In this document: one piece after another, positions 55,077 through 64,000 of the stretch | Layout: each line of letters begins with the position of its first letter | Position numbering within the stretch: position 1 is the stretch's first letter | Origin: Octopus vulgaris | Lineage: Eukaryota | DNA length: 64,000 nt | Direction: 5' to 3' | Assembly (NCBI GenBank): GCA_951406725.2 | Contig: OX597814.1 | Location: forward strand, 205,778,001 to 205,842,000 | Made by a program: the position numbers and the translations under genes | The notes under the pieces: model-generated | The model's database searches: none | Told to the model about the DNA's origin: nothing | Seen by the model: only the letters and a program-made list of their open reading frames with translations

Positions 55077-55428
55077 TATCAGCTCATCAAATAAGTTCTG
55101 TCCGATTTTATCTTTTTTAAAATTGAATGAAATTTAATATTATTATAGAATGTCTATTGGAATTTAAAATTATTTTTATGCATTTGTGTTCATTTAAACT
55201 AATGAAATATTATTTTACAGAATAATAGAATTAAAATTTCTTTCATTAAAACACTTTCTAACATGGAAGTATCCAAAGAGCATTTAAAGAACATAATTTA
55301 TGAGTAGAAAAAGGAAACTCTGCAGCGGAAGCGACTCGAAACATACACCCAGTTTATGGGGAAAAATGCTTGAATGAAAGAACTTGCAGAAGATGGTTTG
55401 CAAAATTCAGAAGTGGAGATTTCAGCCT
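55077..55428 (+). mobile_element. Mariner 5' fragment (duplicate of 38166-38517)
   Basis: Near-identical sequence. Confidence 0.8.
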
Positions 55429-56386
55429 ATTGAGGAGGCCAAAAGTCAACAATGTGTTGAAGTATTGAATCAAAAGGATCTAACTCTTTTAATTCAATCC
55501 CTTGTCGCCAAATAAACTCAACGTTTTAGAGGGGAGATGGCCTAATTTTTGAATGGCAATTTTTTACTGGGGCTGAGGCAACTGAAAAGTGCCAAAGAAT
55601 CGTTGAAAACAGGGCAAATTGGAAAAACGTGCTTGCAGGGAGCAGTCACTTACTGTGCTTCATTATTAGCAACGCCACTGGAAGAATGCAAGAGAGACAA
55701 AGATTTACATCAGTAAAATGTTTTCAGTAGGAATTTTGCCATTTAATGAGTTTGCTTCGCTAGAGTTGATCAGAGCGGCTGTAAAAAGCTAACTTTGTTT
55801 TTATGTTAAAAGTTATATGAATAACCTAGAACACTGAATGGAGGAGTAGAATATTAGACAATAGTGACACTGGGGGACTTTATAAATTCAGTATCTTTTT
55901 TTATATTTGCTTTTTAAACGCTGGTTATTGCAGATAAAAAAATCATCTGTTCCATTGTGGTGTTGAGGAGTTTCACAAACTCGTACAATCAGATGTTAAT
56001 CGACTGTTAATAAAGAGAACTGTTTTTTACGTCATCTATATTGAAACCTGCGTATTTTCAGTTCAAATATAACTTGATTCAGTTATGATGCTAATTTTAA
56101 TACCTTGAACTAGGTAGCATCGAATGCAATAGAACATCTCCTGCAACCGTTGAATAGAACATCTCCTGCAACCGTTGAATAGAAAATATTGACCTTGAAA
56201 CGGGGATATGTTTAACCATAAAAGAGGTACTCGGCAACAGAAAAATGCATTGATTTCTCAGATACATTGACCACAACACTTATGATTATTTCGTAACATT
56301 GCAAATGTCTATGAAATAAAGAAACGGAGTCGAATCTTCATTACTTAATATGCTTTGTTTTTTCATATTTTTACAGATAACCAAAT

Positions 56387-58608
56387 ATGGCTGCCGTGCA
56401 GACGACAACAACAGCAACCAGTTCTCTTATTCTTTCAATCATTCTTATTATCACACTGACATCACAAAACATCGAAGCGAAGGAACTCGGCAATGATTGT
56501 GAAGTTAAAATCCCTCCCAATATCAGTGAGATTTTATCTCGTTTAGTAAAATTAGAAAAAGAGGTTTTCAATTTTGAAGTCCATTTATCAAACAAGACAC
56601 TTGATGAACTTCTTAATCCTGTGGCATTGGATTATTTTGCAAATGCGAGGAGTTTTACGTGGATTCCAGATAAATCAGGCGCTTTAACTCTATATAGAAC
56701 TTTCTCCTATGATTTTTCAATGCACACTTTTAATATGTTGGACGTCTACGTTGCTAAACAAAGGATTGACATCAATATCACTTGTGGAAAACAAAATATT
56801 CAGAGACACGATCTAATATATTTGATTTTCAAGGAATTGAAAAGAATTTTATTTATCGATAAATTGCAAATGGGAGAATCTGGATACATGTGTTTTTTTA
56901 TAAATTTGTCTCAAGACATGAAGAAGAACAGCCCTCACTCATTTGAAACTTACAGAAGAATTGGTATAAATCGAGAAATTTTAAAGAACTATTGCTGCAA
57001 ACTCTATAAAAATGAAAGTAATCTTTATCGCCCCAAATCCGTTTGTTCAGGAAAAATCATTCAAAATGCTAACTTTTTTAATTATTTAGATATTTTCGGA
57101 GGGGTTTTGTGGCTATTTTTCCCATTAATTATTAGCTTTGTATCAAAAGCTAAATTACCTTCACATTCCCGTCAACTCAATCTGCCACTGTTTGCTCACG
57201 ATGAATTCTTATTTACAATTAAAAACACATTGCCACACGAATCCGAGTGGATCAATGGAAAACATAATATTTACACATTCTCTCATTTTCTGTCTTGGTT
57301 GTTTTGCTTTCACCATTCCACTCTCTTAGCCTCAAGGCTGAGAAGATTTCTTTGTATTCTATTTTCTCTTTCAGTAATTTTCCTGGATCTTTTGATGCAT
57401 TACTTCTTTTATATGAAACAATAGCAATACTTTTCCAAGATGGTATACCATTGGGACATCGCGCCTTGATATTAGGAATCCCAGAAAGTTATGAGAATAC
57501 TGATGGCTTTTTTGGTGGTCCTTTTGTGTGGTTAATCTGTTACGTATCTTTCAACTTTATCCTCTTCGTTCTTCCCAGTCGTTTAAGTGAGACTATCGCT
57601 TATAACACGTTACATCAAAGATCCACTTTCACGTTTCTCATTCAAAATATTAGATTATTAGAGAAGTATGGCAATTTAGATGTTTCTACACTACAGGATT
57701 ATGATCTACTCAATGCAGTAATGGAAGCTAATGTTTCTACAGCTTTAAACCCAAATTTCTGGTATTTAATAATTTATACTTGGAGTAATCGTATAAAGAA
57801 AATTTGGTTATATTACTACAGGAGAAATATTTTCTGGCAATTCTTTACACTTTGGCTCTTTGTTTCCATTACAATTTTATTTGCTGTATTTTCTGTCTGT
57901 GAATTATTTCTGTGCCTCGTTTATTATGGAATCCCAATTGTTTATCTGATTTTAACTTTACCATTAAGTTATTTCAGAGTTTATATTTACCCCCTGTATT
58001 TGAATCCTAACTATATTTTCAAGATTATTGCTTTCATTTTAACATTCATATCGTTTCTATATTTTCTAGTGTGGGCAATTTATTCAATCTATATATCTCT
58101 TACAAGTTTTCAAGTCGTTTTCGGCTATATATTTTCAATAGCTGTTGCACTACTTGCTAAGCCTGGTACCGTTGGTGATATATGGTTTGTTTCCATGTTT
58201 CTTCTCTATGGTATTGCAATTATAAAATCTATTCAGAAACGGTATAACTTTATTCTACTCGAATCCATAAAGCTCACCAAAATTCTTCGTCCAAATTTAG
58301 TTCAGTCAAAATATGGGGAAGAATTCATAAACACCACTTTGTTTAAGAGAATTGTTAACCAGCGTTTTCCATTGAGAAATGAGATTGGTAAATCCATTGT
58401 AAAACTGTTTCTAATCGTATCTTTTTTCTTTGCTTGCAACAATATAATAAGTCTAGAAGAGTTGCACTTATCAGCATCCACAAAGATTACTTTGATATTG
58501 ATGACGTCTATGATACCTAAATTATTGTCTATGATAAATGCAGATCGTAGGTTAACAATAACCATGTTAGATAAAATGATCCAGACAATAAACTTATTTG
58601 AAGAATGA
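56387..58608 (+). CDS. Paralog 3 of the multi-pass membrane protein; single 1-bp deletion in a T-run at ~57407-57410 (pseudogene or assembly error)
   Basis: ORFs 56387-57424 and 57295-58608 join to 740 aa if one T is restored (cttttatat here vs ctttttatat in paralogs 1 and 2); span 2222 vs 2223 bp. Confidence 0.8.
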
Positions 58609-60999
58609 AATACATCACGGAGAAGTTTATCAAGTTATTTGATATTCTTCGATAAAATCAAAATTCCTTCAAAGTGTTTTATGAATTCTATACTACGTTC
58701 TGTAACATAATAGTAGTAGTAGTAATAATAATAATTGTTCTGGGCATTCTCACAGTTACAAACACACTCAGCCGCCTCCTATACCTACCTACCTACCTAC
58801 CTACCTACCTACCTACCTACCTACCTACCTACCTACCTACCTACCTACCTACCTACCTACCTACCTACCTACCTACCTAACTACCTACCTACCTACCTAC
58901 CTACCTACATACATACACAAATACACACATACATACATAGATACACACATACACGCTTACATACATAATACATACACACATACACACATACATACATACA
59001 CACATACACACATACATATATACATACATACATACATACATACATACATACATACATACATACATACATACATACATACATACACTTTATAAATTATTAG
59101 ATAATTATTTACCAGTGGCTATCATGCTTAACAGGAGTCAGAAGACATACATATATTTAAATATAATATTATATGAAAACATACAAGAAACTACCATGTG
59201 GATTTCTTACATGCTAAAAATGGCAGTCGAAGCCTGAAACCATGAAAGAATATTTCTTACATTAAAGCATGTTTATGTGTACTGATGACGCGTGTTATCC
59301 TAGGAATACCTGTTACAACTATCCTGTTACCACCCAACCCCTGGAAACCATTGAAATATATAATCTCAAACAATTCTTCATTGCTTAATCTTATCTTTCT
59401 GTCTGGTTTAATCCAGATTTTTGTTTATTTTGTTTCGAATCGAATAAAGAATTTATTTTGATATCAACTATAATGTTGTTTGACTTTCTTCTCCGAATCC
59501 ACGCTTCTGGGCGCTCTGTATTATTATTCTCTATCCATTTCTGAGTTTGTGTGTGTTTATGTATAGGTATGCATGGGTTTGGGTGCGTGTGTATGTGTGT
59601 GTATTAATCAAACAGTTGAGACTCATTGTTGGGTCTGTCAAAAGAATTGAAAAATGAACAACCCTCAAAATCAAGAATTTAAAGGAATTGCAAATGAATG
59701 CAAACATGAATTTCAAAACAAAACGTCACATCTTCTGCATTACTTGCCTACAATTCGACGAGAATTACATTGGAGGAACAGGAACAAATTTCACCAACAG
59801 TCTGAACGTCCTCAAATAGTAAATTAAAATTCATCTTTTAGAAATGGTCCACGTAATAAACATGTAAACATTTGTGCAAATGGAAAATAGAAAATATTCC
59901 CTTTTTACAAAATAAAAGACGAAAATATCCAGCTATGAAAGGCACTTTATAAGACTTCCCAATCTGAAACTAAACCAAACTGATTATTAAAAACAAGTTT
60001 CTCTACACGCATTACCCCAGAACACGTGTTTTGTAGAAGTTCAACAACGAAAGTGGTTACATACAATATACAAAGGCTTTGTGACATTCTATTCTCTAAA
60101 TAAATTTTAAACAGTTAATAAATTTTAAAAGTAAAAAAAAAAAACCCACTAAAAGAGAATGACTCTCCCTAGACATTTACAAGATCTTTCATAAAATATT
60201 TTTAGATTATCAAATACATTTAGAAAAACATTTACCCACACACATCCACATGACGGTGCTGCAGAATGGTCGCAGTCAAATGGCTTAAACATGTAAAAGA
60301 ATAAAAGAATATATACATATCCTCGGTGCCACAAGCATTTTTGTCGCCCCCATCTTGAATTCAACGCATCTCTACATGTTGTAAATAGATTAGAAATATC
60401 TGGAAAATATATTTTCAGAACTCCTGTTTCCGTCGCCGAGGTGACTGTCTCGCTATCAGGCCATATATATATACACATGATAAAGTGTAAAATTAATTAA
60501 TCAATTAATAATTAATAATTTTACAAAGCAGTTCGGTATGTTAAAAGAACCATTATCGGTAAACTTATACAAAATTTCTATAATTACGTGCATAATTATA
60601 ATTAGTGTTTAGCAAAATTTGCTTCACCAGACACCGAAATTTAGAAACAGCAGTTAAAATACTATTCTACTATCATAAGATATCTCCCTGACAGCAATAC
60701 TCTACATTTCACGCAGCTAAAGAGAAAAATAGTGAATCCACCGGCAACAATGGCGCAAAACAGGGAAAGAAAGTAAACGCTATCTTTTTGATTGCAGATA
60801 TAGAAGTGATTAGTTTTAATTTTATAAATCCATTTATGTGCCAATCATGAATGGAATAATGGCCAACTTAACTCATATCAATTGGCAAAAGACGATCCCG
60901 ATGCTAGCTCTATGAAATGTCTGAAATCATACTTTGGTAAGCTTCATCAAGATCTCAATCATTTCACGGCGAAAGAGACAGAGATAGGAGGTACTGTAT

Positions 61000-61310
61000 C
61001 GTTTACGATGGTGAGCGTTCCAGTTGATCCAATCGATGGAACATTCTGTCCATGAAATTAACATGCCAGTGGCTGAGTACTCCACAGACACGCGTACCTT
61101 TCACGTAGTTTCTAGAGAGATTCAGCGTGACACAGAATGCAACAAGGCTGGCTCTTTGAATTACTCCTTTTGGCAAGCTGAGTGGAATGGCGAGAACGTG
61201 AAATAAAGTGTGTTGCTCAAGGATAGGACATAGCACTCCGCCAGGCATCGAATTTACGACCTTACAATCATTGAGTGGAACACACTGACCACTAAGCCAC
61301 GCGCCCTCAC
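61000..61310 (-). mobile_element. tRNA-derived SINE (third family, decayed)
   Basis: Minus-strand head GAGGGCGCGTGGCTTAGTGGTCAGTG...GTAAATTCGATGCC. Confidence 0.6.
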
Positions 61311-62150
61311 GGCCAAACAATTCCACCAACTATTAACATTTGTTGAACGTAAAAAAATAGTTGATGAAATCATTTCTAAAAAAATGATGAATGTAATCTT
61401 ATTTCTGAAGCTGTAAACACTGCACAAATATCATGGCGGAGACATTTTCTTAGGACAAGCATTTCTTCAACAGCAAACAGGCTCCACACTCTGTTACCAT
61501 GCTGCATAACAATAAGGATGACCCCTCTGCACTTAGTACTTCATCGCATATCCAAAATGAAGGTCCGCAACATTTTATCAGCGAAACCATACAACTATAA
61601 AACGTATGCTATCAGCTGGTGGGGCGAGGATCAGAAACACAGAAAGTCTATTTTTAGAGATGTCTTTTAATAAATTGCTTCATGTTTAAAAACTCCTCCA
61701 CCAGAAAAGAATCCGTCAAAGATTATAACTCACTTAAAAATCAAACAAAGAAATAGTATGAGTCACGAAATTGGAGAAGATTTGCAACAGCATAAATACT
61801 GACAACGTTCATCAGTAGAATAAATTTGGTTGAAAGCCTTAATTCCTGGGTACGTCTGAAAGCTCTGTGTCTCTATTTTCTTGAATGGCAAAGGGAGAGA
61901 GAGAGAGAGAGAGTATAATATACATATGGAAAATCCTGGACGGTTATGTGTTCCCAATTTTGACAGAGAGAGAGCTTTAATGCTGACACTGTCAGCTTCC
62001 AAATATATCACCTTCAAAATCACAAGCAAAAACACCCCTTTGTACCCGCCTGATTTTCAGAGGCCCCCAATTCTTCAACTACCTACCAAAAGAAGTCAGA
62101 AGTAAAAACGGAACTTCAAGTGAAACATTACAAAATAAAACAATAACATT

Positions 62151-62298
62151 GGATACACTCCGAATGATGATACCGGACCAGGCGACGACCATTCAAGGAT
62201 ACACTCCGAATGATGATACCGGACCAGGCGATGACCATTCAAGGATACACTCCGAATGATGATACCGGACCAGGCGACGACCATTCAAGGATACATTC
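62151..62298. repeat. 46-bp tandem repeat, 3 units plus a partial
   Basis: Unit ggatacactccgaatgatgataccggaccaggcga(c/t)gaccattcaa. Confidence 0.92.
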
Positions 62299-62431
62299 AG
62301 GGAGGACCAGCTGCTACAAATCCAGTAATGGACCAACTTCCAGACATAGAGTGAGAACAAAACTGAAAGAAAATAAATTCAGGTGGTGCTCCAGTATGGC
62401 AGCAATGCCACGACTGAACCATTAAAAGAAT

Positions 62432-62781
62432 AACAAGAGCACAAACCTCCGCCAAGGCAACACCAATGTCCTCTCAACGATTAGCCAGAGATGAGTTTTA
62501 AAATGAGAATACCTGAAATAAACTCGACTGCTCTCAGAGAATACTAAAAATGAATCCGAACGCTCTCAATAATTAAGTAAAAAAATAGGAAAAATAATCC
62601 AGAATCCTTGTCCAGTAGCTGATCAATTCCAAAATCTAATAGGTTCGTGCCAGTCACGAGGCCAAACATCCCTGAAAGTTTCATGCGAATCCATCCACCG
62701 GTTCTTGAGAATCTTGTCCACGGACAGACTAACAAACACGACTTAAAAAAATACCTCTTCCTTAAGGAAGGCGGATGTAAT
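62432..62781. mobile_element. Non-autonomous Helentron/HINE-like element
   Basis: Subterminal acctccgcc near 62445 with inverted ggcggatgt at the far end; terminal hairpin cttccttaaggaag; TTTCATGCGAATCCATCC core. Confidence 0.5.
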
Positions 62782-63649
62782 AAAAGAACAAGGTAAACAA
62801 TAGATTGTTGATCTACGGAATTATTGATCAGTTATGCTCTGTTGCTTATCACACACCAACAAACAAATGAGTAACCCTCACCACACCAACCAAGTCCGCC
62901 GAAAAATAAAATGGGAACAATGTTTAGAGACAGATGAAATGAGTATAAATGAATTAGTCTGGAAGAGGAGCGGAGAGCTGAGAGTAGAAACGTGGTAGCA
63001 GGAAGAGGAGATGAGAATAAATTAATTAACCAATAATTACATCGCAACCAATCAGTTGCTCAATGAGATATGAGGGGGGTCAATCAATGAATGTCACAGA
63101 TACTCGTTCACAGGAAAGTAGGGGGTCGTTCATTGGGAAGGAAAATCTGGGGAGAAGTAAAGGGTTTGATTCAGATTGCAGGTTTTGAGAAACGATATGA
63201 TGGAATTATTGTCTCTCGATTTAAACAGAAACCAAAGGGATCAATGGTGGGAATTTTGTGATTGTAACAAAGCTGTAGAGAAGAAAGCAGCCAAAAGAGA
63301 ATTGATTGTCGGATGGTAGAACCCAAAACTGACTTTCTATGTAGGTAACTTATTGACTTTTACTATCAAACTTACAACGGAGAAGTAAACATACCAAGTT
63401 GATTGCACTGGTAGAAGAAAAACACTGATATCCAAAAGAGAGAAACAACAAACACTTGTCAAAGTTTGGGTTTTGTTGCCCTAGTAACCACAGCTTTTGA
63501 GATAAGGGTTTCTAACCTAGTGCAGTTGCTTCATCACCTCATTTTATATGTCTCTGTAAATTATGGAGCCAATCTGACTTCATCTACCGGCCCTTAAACC
63601 GTTCCCATCCCAAAATGAGGCAAACAAATTTTTCGCATTTCAGCTTTAT

Positions 63650-64000
63650 AGATTTTGATTGTATATTTCACATGCACAGGAAATAGTTTACTCCGGTTCA
63701 AGCATAGTTCTGACAATACAGTCTGTCTACCACCACTTGGGTTCTGTTATGATCAGGAAAGCACAGAGGAAGGTTGTTTTGTTGGTTGAGAAGTATTATT
63801 GATGCTTTAAAGAAATTAGCTTACTTTTTGTTTCCCAGTATTTGTTGTACGTATATCATTGAAATCGAGAGACTCGCAAAAGGTAAGAGAATTATTATTT
63901 TCTTGGTTTAGCAACATGTCAGTGTTGCGGGAGTAGATCTATGATACAAGACGTTCTAACCTTGACCACCACCCTCTCTATTCATATGCATTGTCCACCA
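63650..64000. repeat. Start of a further segmental duplicate (matches 33400-33760 and 52940-53290)
   Basis: Near-identical sequence running off the window end. Confidence 0.85.

Larger units (their letters stand above)
52230..60470. repeat. Segmental duplicate of 32690-43185 (with indels)
   Basis: Collinear matches 32700/52232, 38030/54940, 39502/56387, 42030/59370 and 43140/60420. Confidence 0.9.

Noticed and set aside
62151-62298. CRISPR-like array
   Set aside because: Contiguous units without unique spacers; eukaryotic context; no cas genes.

Overview
AT-rich eukaryotic genomic DNA, dense in microsatellites and transposon remnants. The tRNA-derived SINE families and repeat spectrum suggest an octopus/cephalopod genome (inference). 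The only host-like genes are three tandem paralogs of an unrecognised ~740-aa protein with a single coding exon, a signal peptide, a 6-Cys ectodomain and about 10 hydrophobic helices. Copy 2 (39502-41724) is intact; copies 1 (14457-16074) and 3 (56387-58608) are each broken at a T-homopolymer. They sit in segmental duplication units offset by ~17-19.5 kb, and another unit appears to start at the right edge. The remainder is mobile DNA: a Helitron with both termini whose helicase C-half is replaced by an inverted copy of a nearby piggyBac; R4/Dong-type retroposons in (TAA)n and (TACA)n; CR1/L2-like LINE pieces in (TA)n, one with a Myb/SANT + CCCH ORF1; mariner, RTE and CRE fragments; SINEs; and Penelope-like remnants carrying type I hammerhead ribozyme motifs. 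Most long ORFs in the supplied track are microsatellite artefacts. All boundaries and identities were read by eye and are approximate.
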